A stretch of DNA of 64,000 nt, taken from Thalia democratica (Eukaryota). The notes beneath the pieces were generated by a model. That model had not been told where the DNA came from. It did not search any database and was given only the letters and a program-made list of their open reading frames with translations. The stretch is taken from NCBI GenBank assembly GCA_965202585.1, contig OZ241829.1, positions 57,784,001 through 57,848,000 of the forward strand, given 5' to 3'. A program made the translations under genes and the position numbers. Shown piece after piece: positions 1 through 11,000 of this stretch (its first letter is position 1; each line of letters opens with the position of its first letter).

Positions 1-182
1 AATAAATCAAATTCCAACCTTCTATACTCTAGAAACCTCAATCCAAGTTTACACAATCAATCTAATAAATTTATTGAATCATTTTTCGCTAATTATTAAA
101 AAAAATATGTGTATTATAAATGCATGTACGGGATAAAAGTTGTCAAACTTGCTATAAAATATTTTATCACTATCAAAATTTT

Positions 183-593
183 GGGTGCACGACTATTCAA
201 ATTTAGACAATTCAAATTCTTAAAAAAAATTGAAACAGCCACAAATAAAAAATTATTTTATTTTTGTTAAAAATAAAAAATACTTATGTAAATCTGATTA
301 CTATCTACAGACCTTTTTCTTTTTTCTTTAAGCAAAAAATTAAATATTTTTTGAGATATGGCTTTAATAACGTAAAAAACATAGTTATTTTTAGTAATTT
401 ATAAATATCTTGAAAAATGTTTTAGATTTTGCAAAAAATAAAAAAGTGGCTTGTAGATTTTAATAAGATCTATGTATATATTACTTATTTTTTCAAATTT
501 GTATAACTTTTTGAGATATAGTCTTTTAAATATTTTTTTAAGAATTTGAATTGTCGGAATTTGAGTTGTCCGAATTTGAATTATCATGTATCC
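183..593. mobile_element. Mutator-like MITE with ~15-bp subterminal tandem repeats and 9-bp TSD
   Basis: Termini GGGTGCACGAC... and ...ATCATGTATCC are imperfect inverted repeats; subterminal AATTTGA(A/G)TTGTC repeats; flanked by CAAAATTTT at 174-182 and 594-602. Second, inverted copy at 43254-43648. Confidence 0.8.
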
Positions 594-1066
594 CAAAATT
601 TTAAATTTTTGCCATTTGTTAAAATTTTTAATTATATTTTAAAATAAAGTTCTAAAGCAAAGTAATTAAAACTTTAAGTTTTAATTCTATCTACTTTAAT
701 TTCTTAAGATAAGCTTTGTTTGTTTTTTCAATCATAACCGTTGTTTAGTGGTTTAGTCCTGAATGTCATCTACTAATGCAAAGCAAAAACGTATACTACT
801 CCAAGTTAGACCCTTCCACCAACCTTAAAATATTATCCTTCTATTCACGGCAGAAAAAATACCCTACGAGAGTTGCGCTGATAAAATGGACATAACTAAT
901 ATCAAAATATATTCACATTATGCTGATACGGTGTTTAAAACATATCAAAATCCAGCAAAATTTTAAGTTCAAGAAAAGTATACAATAAAATTTTAAGTTG
1001 TAAAAGAAGCTTATGTACATCCTGTACTCAAGTTTTAGTTGTTATTTGTTATAAACTGTATTAACA

Positions 1067-1465
1067 GGGTAGCTGTCAAATTTGCACGAGCGTACAAAAT
1101 TGCACGAGGGGACAAAATTGCACAAAGATACTTTTGCTCAAAGGGTCACTTTTGCACAAAGACACTTTTGCACGAGCAGAAAATTTTGCACGGATTAATT
1201 CTTTTTTTTACTATCACTGTTACTAACCCTTACCCTCGGTCAGTATTTAAAAAAAAAATAGTTAAATTATCTTTTATTTATTTTTTTAACTCTCGTGCAA
1301 AAATGTAACTCGTGCAAAATTAACCCTTGGTGCAAAATTGTCTTCGTGCAATTTTGTTCCCTCGTGCAATTTTGTGCCCTCATGCGAATTTGGCTTCGTG
1401 CAAATTTGGATACGTGCAGTTTTGTACACTCGTGCAATTTAGTCCCCTCGTGCAATTTAGTAACC
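1067..1465. repeat. Foldback-type element: two inverted arrays of ~19-20 bp (A/T)TTGCACGAG-like units
   Basis: Forward units at ~1078-1192 and reverse-complement units (CTCGTGCAA) at ~1292-1460 around a short spacer containing TAACCCTTACCCT; no TSD found. Confidence 0.8.
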
Positions 1466-2078
1466 TCGAACAACTTTGTCTTCAAGCAGTTTAGACCCGT
1501 TCCCGTATAAACATTTTACAAAATTACACTATTATATTTTTTGCATTTGATTAAAAATTTGTATTAATTTTGATTATTGTTGTATCTTTTACAGTAAGTG
1601 AAGTTTTATGTTTAAAGAAACAAATTTTACACAGCTAAGATTGAGAAAAATATAACTATCATAAGTTTTGGCTAATCATAAGTTAAGAAGCTAAAAGTTT
1701 ATAAAAGTGCTTACAAAAAGATTTTTAAATACTATAGTTTGACTTAATTAAGTATGTTTAAAGATAAAATATTGGTAAATTAAAACTTGAGTTTGATTTT
1801 ATTATTAGTATTTAATTTTTTTTTTTTTAATCAAAACACTTAAAGTATTCTGTGTTCCTAATAAACTTCTATAGCTTGTAATTAGTTTTAAAGTTAAACT
1901 TAAACAGTACATCACACAAAAAATGAACAAACATAAAGAAATCAAAAATTTACTTTAGATATTTTTTCTGTTTTGTAACCTTATTATAAAAACAACAACA
2001 ACAATTTATTCTTTTGTTTTGTGTTTCAAAACGTGTTTAAAGCTATTCTATAGATGAATTTTTTAAATATGTTACATA

Positions 2079-2207
2079 TTAGTTTATTGAACGACAAAAA
2101 AACGTTCAAAATAAATCGTCCTAGGACCTGTTGCACGACCTTTCTGTTATCCTTTTTGTTATCGAGTCGTTCACCACGAATACATTTTAACGTCTTGCCC
2201 AGGACTA
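2079..2207 (+). repeat. Dispersed ~120-bp repeat (MITE arm), copy 1 of 4
   Basis: TAGTTTATTGAACGACAAAA...GTCCTAGGAC...TTATCGAGTCG...TTTAACGTCTTG recurs at 49325-49457 (-), 51038-51161 (+) and 51462-51560 (-). Confidence 0.75.
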
Positions 2208-5200
2208 CAGTAGTCCGTTTACAGTAGTAGGTTTTAAAAACTGCTACTTTTGTACTTTTTAAAGTATGTTAAACTAAAATGAACTGTAAAAAAAACCTAT
2301 ACTTTTAGCTTCTTAAACAGTTTTAATTAATTCAAGTGGTCACAAGCTAGACTAAAAATACAAAGTTAGAAAACTTGTTTAAACTATGGTAGACATCGAG
2401 AGAAAAAAATTATAAGTAAGTTTGTATTAAACTAACAATATGTGACAACTTGTTAAATCAAAAAGGTGAAAATTGCAATAAAAACTTAAACTTCCCGCTC
2501 TAATTAAATCTTTTTAAAATATTAATTTAAAAATTGCATTTAAAGTTTTAAAAGTTCTTAGCGTATTTTTATTGTAAGAATTTTTATAAAACTAGATTTT
2601 AAAAGTTTCAGTTAAATAATAAAAATCATTATTTAAATCATTTTAAGAACACGAAGTATATTGGAAAATGTACACATAATATATAATATTATTATCTAAG
2701 ATGAGTTCTACTTCTATAATAATCAACTTGTATTGTAAAAGCTAAATATAAAAATTATGTAGTTTTCTTTTTTCGGTTGCTCAAAAAATTGAGGTGAGAA
2801 AATTTTAAATTAAAAAAAAATAGCACGTTTTTAGTATGAAAAAAATTAGTATTATATTAAAAGAATATTAGTCCAAACTATCGTGGACAAGAAATTAAAG
2901 TGTATCCACGGAGTATGACTAGACAAGAAAAAGTTATTTTTGTACAGTAGGTACTTTGACCAAACTTTTTCAGCGCGTTATTTTCGTTCAATAAAAGATA
3001 TTATAAAATTATATTCACAAGATTACTTGTTTTTATAATCAAACTAATTAGATAGATTCATCATGTGTTAACACATAAAACTAAAGTACATTCATAAGGT
3101 AATATCTAAAAATGTGCATTTTTTTGTAAAAAGTACACTTACAAACAAAAGTTATGAACTCATTGTTTATTGAAAAATGTTTACCCAAAAAAAGTTTTAT
3201 TGAAAAGAAGTATTGATAACTTTTGTTTTTGAATTTTAAAAAAGAAATTTAAAAAGTTTTGTTTAAGATAAGATTAAGTTAGTTACAAATATGTTAGAAT
3301 TATTTTCGTTAGTTTTTCTCTAAAACTAAGAATAGTAAATGTTACTGAGAGTTGTTAAGAATTTAAGACGTATAAAGAATGTAGTTTAAATATTCATAGT
3401 TATATGCTTTTCAATTCTTATATATATTTTTAAATTTCTTATGTTTTTAAAATCAAATATTGATTAATAATAATATTTTAAAAAAGTTTTCTCTGTATTA
3501 AAAGCGTTTTATAGTTCAAAATATTTTAATCTTTTTGAGTTGTAGAATTTAAAGCAATAGTATTGCAGATTTCTTTTGTAATTTTAAAAATATAACTTCG
3601 AAAATAATTTCTTACGAATAAGAAAAAGAAGTTCAATACAAAAAATACTGTGCTGGAAGGAATAGATTTGAGGTAATTTTAAATTAACTTGTATTTAAAT
3701 GTATAATAAGGTTCCGAACATCCTTTATTTGTAAGACAAGTGTAAGCCGTTTTTTTTATATATTGAAGTATACTTTTATACTATCAAAACTTATTTTATT
3801 CAATATAGTTCGTTTACTGCTGTGGTTAAACGTAGGAAAATTAAATTTTTTTTTTTTAACAACAACTACAACTTGGGATTCAGAAAACTTAATGAAAAAA
3901 TTTGTCTAGTTTTTTAAGCAGGTTAAACATTAAAAAACAATTTAATACATTAAAGTTAAGTTATATAAAACAATAAAAGTTCTTAAAAAACAAAAATTAA
4001 TTTAAACTAGATAAAAGGATTGTTGTAAGTAACCAGGTCTTTAAATTAAATTATATATCACATGTTTATTTTGATATTGATTATATAATTAACTACTTTT
4101 GTACAATAATGTATATATTTATAAAAACTTTTTCTTACTTGGATAATTTGTTATTATTGTATCATAACAATTAATAGTTCTCATTTTTTGACGGAAGATT
4201 ACATACTATTAGTACAACTCTCTTAACTAATCTTTTTTTTTAATGCATCTTTAAAAAAACACAAGGTGTTTAAGAAAACATTAGAAATTAAACATAGTCA
4301 TATAGTTTTTTATAGCTTTTATTTTTAGGCTAATTATTTTCAGCTAGTAAATTGTTTGGCTTATTATAAAATTGTTAACGATAGTTTTAAATATTTCATC
4401 AGGTTTTAAAATCTTTTAGAAAATAAAATTAAGCAACATAGCATAATTTTATAAATAATTAAGTTTTCAGTTATTGGTATGGAACCCGTCAGTTAACAGG
4501 TTAGGAATAAAATATTATTTTAAGATTTATTTTAACATTTCAAAGTTTATTCTGATGTATCATTAAAAGTTTATGTAATAAAAGATTAACTGGTTTCTAA
4601 TCATACTCTTCATTTCGCACAGCTGTTTCAAAAATCAAAATGTAACATTTAATAAGGAATACTAAATTAAGTTAAAACTTATTTAAATTACCTATTTCAT
4701 GGCAACTAATAATTCATTGGATAGCATTCAACTTAATAATAAACATAATATGTTTACTTTTTTTAGTTCTTTAATTCATAACTTTATTTAATAGTATGGC
4801 TTTAAGACGTGGAGATCGTATTAGCGGCTTTAAAAACTCTTTGAGTTGTTAAATCGATATCCAGTGGTCATCTAGTATACAAAAAAAAACCGACACAATT
4901 AAGCAGTTAACGGTCTAATTTTAATGTATGATACTTTTGCTTAACATCTAAAAAAATATTACTAAAATTTCTCTGTTGTAGAGTCTATGCAAATATTTAG
5001 CAGCAGTATAATATTTTTGTTTTAATAAAAATTTTGTCTAAAAAAATTTTTTTATTCAAAAATAATGCATAAAAACATATAAGTAGCACAAGTTACCAAA
5101 AAGACCAAACTAATTTTTATTGATCATTAGTTTAAATTTATAAAATCTAAATAGACATAATTAATTTAAAAGTTTGTACAGGTTATACCAAAAAAAAAAC

Positions 5201-5669
5201 ATCATTAACACTTTTTTTGAAACTTAAAAAAAAAAAAAATCATCTAAATAGTTTAAAAACTTTACAATAACTTTCTAGCTTAGATAATTTTCAAAATGGT
5301 TTTTCTAAAAAAATCTACTAAGCATCATTTTTAATTTGAAAAATTGTATCTTTGTTTTATGTTTTATTAAACAACTTAAGTAATTTTTTTTTATCAAAAT
5401 GATATAATTTTTATCTATTTTTTCATAAAGACGATATGGTAACTATTAGATTTCAAAAGTAAAATTATTTTACTTTTTTTAAATTCTAAAACAAACATAT
5501 TCATGGTGAACTTATGTTATTCAAATATATGACAATGTAAGTTCTATAAACACAGGTTGAGGTTTATAAAATATAAAATACAGACGTAAAAATTTTTTTT
5601 AGTTTTGTAAAAGTAAATGATTATTATAATTTTAGAGATTAAAAGAACTGAAATCTAATAAAAGTATCT

Positions 5670-6896
5670 ATGTCTGTAAAGATAAAACATAAAAATAAAG
5701 TGTGGGGCTTTATAACTTCGAATTATGGAAAGACATTAAAACTGAGAGATCATAAGGTGACGCTTTGGAGTAAAAGTCCATACAACAAAGATAATGGTAA
5801 CCCTGACGAACTTACTCTGACAAAATCAAAAGTAAAAGGTTTTGATAAACTGATAAAGATAGAAAAAATTATTGGATTATACTCAAAATACTTAATAACA
5901 ATCAAGAATAAAGGCTTCTACAAAGTTGTTTTTGAAAGTTCTGACTTAAACCAAACATTACACGAAAAGGTTTTGATCGAAGAACGTAAATTTAAAATTT
6001 TTATCGAACAAGCTGAATTTGTTTTCACTCACGTAAACTACAAGCAAGAAATAACTATATGTAACGAAATAATGGATAAGTACAACGTTGTCAGAGTTTT
6101 CCCAGTGAACAAACGCTACCGCATGTTTGAATTAAGTGATAAAGTTTCAGAAGAAAAAAGAATAATGAAAAAAGTTTTGAACAAATCAAATTTACTCAAA
6201 ATGAAAGACTACAAAAGTCTGTTAGAGAATGAAGTGAAAATTTTGGAAAGCTGCAACCACGATAGTATCATCAAAATGATTAGTTACGATATCACTATTG
6301 ATGCAAGCTATTTTATCATGGAATTTGCGAAAGGTGGCACTCTACAAAATATTATCGATGAAAGTGGAATAATAAAAGAGTCTGACGCTCAAATGTTGTG
6401 CAAGACCGTTGTTTCTGGAATAAAATATTTGCACGAAAATCATATAACCCACCTTGACATCAAGCCTTCAAATCTTGTTTTGATGAGCCCAAAAAACTTT
6501 AACTCAGTTAAAATCATCGACTTTGATATGAGTGTGAAAAACGATTCTCAATTTTTATACAAAATGGCAGGCACTTACTATTTCATGTCGCCGCAGATTT
6601 TGAAAAGCGCCTTCACAATGCTTCCGGCTTACTACACCAGAAAAACTGATATTTGGAGTCTGGGCGCTTCACTATTTTACTCCATGACTCTTCGCTATCC
6701 GTTCTACAGAAACCGAAAACAGATGATACCGTACATAGGAAGGGATGTTGACAGAATGAAAGTTAAGCTGAAATGCAAAAAGTACAAGCAGCTTTCAGCA
6801 CGAGCAAGGCATGTTATTAGCTGTTGTCTGCAAGTAAAGGAGGATTTACGACCATCTGCGGAAAACTTGATAACCAAATACGAATGGTTATCGTAG
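5670..6896 (+). CDS. Intronless divergent Ser/Thr kinase (CAMK group, Chk2/Rad53-like layout; possible pseudokinase), 408 aa
   Basis: Single ORF with in-frame TGA at 5649-5651 upstream of the ATG. Kinase motifs ENEVKIL, IMEFAKGG, HLDIKPSN, KIIDFD, AGTYYFMSPQ, TDIWSLG, LRPSAE. The N-terminal ~135 aa resemble a degenerate FHA region (inference). Confidence 0.9.
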   Translation: MSVKIKHKNKVWGFITSNYGKTLKLRDHKVTLWSKSPYNKDNGNPDELTLTKSKVKGFDKLIKIEKIIGLYSKYLITIKNKGFYKVVFESSDLNQTLHEKVLIEERKFKIFIEQAEFVFTHVNYKQEITICNEIMDKYNVVRVFPVNKRYRMFELSDKVSEEKRIMKKVLNKSNLLKMKDYKSLLENEVKILESCNHDSIIKMISYDITIDASYFIMEFAKGGTLQNIIDESGIIKESDAQMLCKTVVSGIKYLHENHITHLDIKPSNLVLMSPKNFNSVKIIDFDMSVKNDSQFLYKMAGTYYFMSPQILKSAFTMLPAYYTRKTDIWSLGASLFYSMTLRYPFYRNRKQMIPYIGRDVDRMKVKLKCKKYKQLSARARHVISCCLQVKEDLRPSAENLITKYEWLS

Positions 6897-7762
6897 TTTA
6901 GTATTTGCTTATGTTATACAAAATACATATTTTAAAATGCTCAATATTTATTGCAAAAATACTTTTTTTTAAGTTAACTTGCTTACTTAAAAATCTATTT
7001 TACACATGACAAGCTTCCAATAGCGTTATTAAACTTTATTAGCAAAAAGTATAAGAAAATAATAACGCGAAACTATATGTTTGAAAGTACTATAAACAAA
7101 CAAGTCAAAAAGTATTTTACAATTTATCATTTTGTTTAACATATTACTTAATTAAAAAATACCATTATAGAAATAAACTTACAGTGATAAAACTACTGAT
7201 ACTTATAGGCATTTTGATAGATTTATTTAAAAATTCTAGGTCTACTTTTACTGAAACAGTTTTAAGCTTATATTGAAAAAAAAATACCAGGTTAAACAGG
7301 TACATTTTAAAACATGTTTTATGATTTTTAAATAGAATTTTAAGCAGAAAAATCTGTTTCTTTAACGTTTTATGTATTGCACTTCAGTAATAACAACGTA
7401 CAAAATGTTTGCAGCTTAAAAATACAATTTAATTGTTACGAATGTCAACTTTATTTAGCTTCAGAGGTATAAATCAAAGCTTTCATGTATGTAAAAGTTA
7501 TCAATTAAAAAAAGTTTATTACTTAATGAAGAATTTACTGGGCATTAAATTTAGCTGTACCTCAAATTGCTTCAATGATTTTTAGAAATTAGAATATAAT
7601 TTGCTGGTTTAAAAGGAAAACTGTAATATTTTATTGAGAAAGGTTGAAAATAAAAACAAAATGAACAAACAAGGAACAAAACAAATTTTTCTAAGAATCT
7701 GAGCCTAGCAGCAATTATCTCAACAATTTACGTTATTTAATAAAGAGTTTCTCGGATGAAAC

Positions 7763-8000
7763 TCAAATGTGGTTTTCTTCGCTTGATGTTGAAATTGGCC
7801 TGATTGGACTGAAGCTGGTCGGGTCTGAAATGCTGTTGCCATTTTTGCTTTGATCTTCACCTTTTTTCGGGACGGGGGGTAAAGGTGAATCTGGGGTGAT
7901 GACAATGTTAGCTTCAGTTGAGGGTTTTCTACCTAAGTTGAGAACAGTTTCACGGGTCAGGTCGAAACCTTTGCTTGCTTGAGAAATAGCATACATCCAT
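7763..8000 (-). CDS. FGD: FGD exon 18 (terminal; WMYAISQA...EENHI*)
   Basis: Acceptor tatccAG, phase 2 matches CG|A; stop TGA at 7763-7765. Confidence 0.88.
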
Positions 8001-11000
8001 CTGGATAATATTAGGGTGGTATTTAAACTAAATTGCCATGAAAAAAAAATTGTTACACATAATTTGTTTTGTAAAACAGCCTTTAGAGTTAGAAAGTACA
8101 AGTACATCTATACTTATATTAAAAATTCAATACAAGTGAGCAAATTTCTTAGCTTGAACATTTGCTTCAGTGCTTTGATACATCTTCATATAGTCTCATT
8201 TATTAGTAGTAATAAAGTAAAAAAATTAACATTTGCAAAACTTAATTCTTATGATTAAAGTCCAAGTTTTTAGTATTTAATTTTTTTTTAATTTTTAGTA
8301 TTGCATAATCTATTCAACCATTATTCAACTTGTAATTATTTTTCGTTCTAGTAAATAATTCTTTAAAAGTGATGAATTACAATAAACCATCTTTAGGACG
8401 CCATAAGTATTTAAATAAAAAACTAATACTATTATTTGTTTTGTTTTTAAAACTATAGCTGTGCTTTGAAATAGGGTTTTAAATAACTTTTTTTCCAACA
8501 CGTAACTAAAATAAAAATTTATAATAACAAGCTATTTTATTTATCTAGTATATGAGTTTACTATTTTATTATACTTGAAAAGATCGCAATTTTTTGCCAC
8601 CGAAACACGGTAGTAAATATAATATTTAATTTGCACATCTTTATTTAAATAAGCTCTTTACATTTCAGTAAATTAAGCAATCTTTTTTAGTTAAGACAAA
8701 TTACTACGTAATAACAAGCTACATAATAAACAAAAAAATTATCATAGTAATTTAAATCAGATTTCGTCTAATTTTTTTTCGAAATATTTGATGAAAAAAA
8801 AGTTTATTTTAAGCTAACCAAAACAGTTTGAGTTTATGTATTAAAATGACGTATAATAGATTATCCTTAAAAAAATGTAATATCAAGCTTGGATTTATTG
8901 AACTAAAAAAAAAATTAAGTTACTGTTTAATATAACTGTATAACAAAATATTTTAAGTTAAACTAAATTGAAGTTAAGAAATAATTTACTACAACAAACA
9001 AGTTTTTTAAACTAAATAAAAAAACAAATCTTTTTTCAGAAATACAAAGCAACTAAACAGAAAGATCTAAAAAATAAAATTAGTCGATAAATTTGTATTA
9101 ATGAAAGCTTGGTTAAAAAATGTCTAAACAATGTTTTCAGAATTTGTTTTCCAGTATAAGTATAGCTGTAGATTAACTTTTATAATTATTAATTCTTTTT
9201 CCTAAAGTTATTGGCACACTCGTGGTTATCGCTTAAGTGTTTGACAATTGCCAAAAAGTAGTTTTTCCTTACTCAAACCAGCTTAGTATTTGTATTAAGT
9301 AAGTAATCTTTAAAACACAAGTAATAAAATTTTCAAGTTGATTGGCTTGTAGTTTGTAGAAGTATTGTAGATACAGAAAATTTTTATTTTTAAAACGACA
9401 TAAATTTAAACAAACTTTTTAAGATATTAATATAAAATGTTTAAAAAAACTTGATTAACTTCAGAAAGCTGATTTAAATAAAGTAAACTAACAAAAATAA
9501 CAATTTGTACTCACCGTTTCATTTGTACTTTTTCTTTCAAAGAAAAGTACATGACTTTTTTTGCTTGCGATAACTTGAATGTAAACTTGTGTTCGTTAAT
9601 ATGCACTTCCTTAACAATGTAACCCGGAAGTGGTATTGTGCTGTGTGCTTTTATGTCCTGTGTTGTAATGGTTCAACTTTGGAAGTTAACAAATATTTTA
9701 CATGTATATTCTCATTATTTTACTACATAAACTAAGCTTAGTGTAAAATTATTCGTATGTTGTATAAAAAAAATTGGTTTGTTTAAACTAGTGTTTTAAC
9801 TTTGTACAGTAAACACTTTTGCAACGATATCAAAGATATACTTAAAAGCTGGTAACAAAAAAAAACACTTTTTTTCCTTCAAATGGATTCGTCAAAACTT
9901 AATCCTTAAATTTTCCTCTAAACAAACTTTAGAATAAACATACGTAAAACAAATAAAAGCATTCATTAGCTTAACTTACTAAACTTGTTAGTTGTGCAAA
10001 CCTGGTGCGCAGCGAATATGTAAATGACGAGTTCAGGGGACAGAACGCACCACATCTTGCTGAAGTTCTTCTTCTTTTCACCTTCGCAATACAAAATGTA
10101 GTCGGCGAGAAGCGAGTTGCCCGTAACTTCGTCTGCTTGCACCTATTCAATTTTTATGAAAGTTTTCAGCTTTGGTACTCTAAAAACGTGCGTTTTTAAA
10201 ATAATTTTTCAAAAATGGACGCAAGTGCAATCGTTAGTTTAGTCTTTTGAAAAAACAGAGCGCTAATTTACTAATATGACCAGCTGAAAAAAATTACTAG
10301 ATGATATTTTTTCCAAAACTTGCCTAACTCAGGAGATATCTTTTAGACTACAATATTGTTAGGTAAACGACTCTGGCAGGTTTAAAATAAATTCTAGGGT
10401 AGTTAAGGGTCATTTTTCAATTTAAACCCTATTAATTATTATTTAATTGTTTGAAAATAATTTAGCTGTAGAGGACGTGTTATAATATTATCCTTTGAAA
10501 CTTTTATGTAGAAAAGTAATTGTATTATAGTTTTCTTAGACAAGTTTTAAATTAAAATTCATGAACCTAAGGTAAATCTTTTTTATTAATTACAAACACA
10601 ACTAATACTATCTTTTTTATTGACATATAAAAACGTAAAAGCTGAATGAAGTTTAACAAATTTACTGTACATAACTTAAAAATGCAAGGTTCATAGTAAG
10701 ATTCTAGTAATATCTTGTGACTGAGAATACTTTTTTGTATAAAAACAAATAGAAGTTAGTGATTTATCAAATTTAATATTTTTCGAATCTACCGTTTCAT
10801 TGTAAAAATTTCCTAAATTGACAATTAACTTTAAACCATAGATATGTGTGTTGTATTGTGAATCGAAAAACTTATACACGTTCCTACAAAGTCAAGTCTA
10901 CTTAATATCTTCTATTAAATCTAATAACTAATGGGCTTAATCTATAAACAAAAGTAGTTTGAGGTATCAGCTGCTACATTAGTAATAAACATTCGAAATA

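Noticed and set aside
399-596. 65-aa minus-strand ORF
   Set aside because: Lies inside the MITE at 183-593 and has low-complexity K/I/F/L composition.
730-970. Moderately GC-rich stretch with short open frames on the plus strand
   Set aside because: No consistent splice sites, start codon or recognisable motif.
1039-1510. Three overlapping short ORFs and a CRISPR-like look of regular repeats
   Set aside because: The ORFs are translations of the TTGCACGAG repeat units. The repeats are inverted arrays without unique spacers, there are no cas genes, and the context is eukaryotic.
7720-7905. 61-aa ORF overlapping the FGD last exon
   Set aside because: Alternative frame of exon 18; splice phase supports the other frame.
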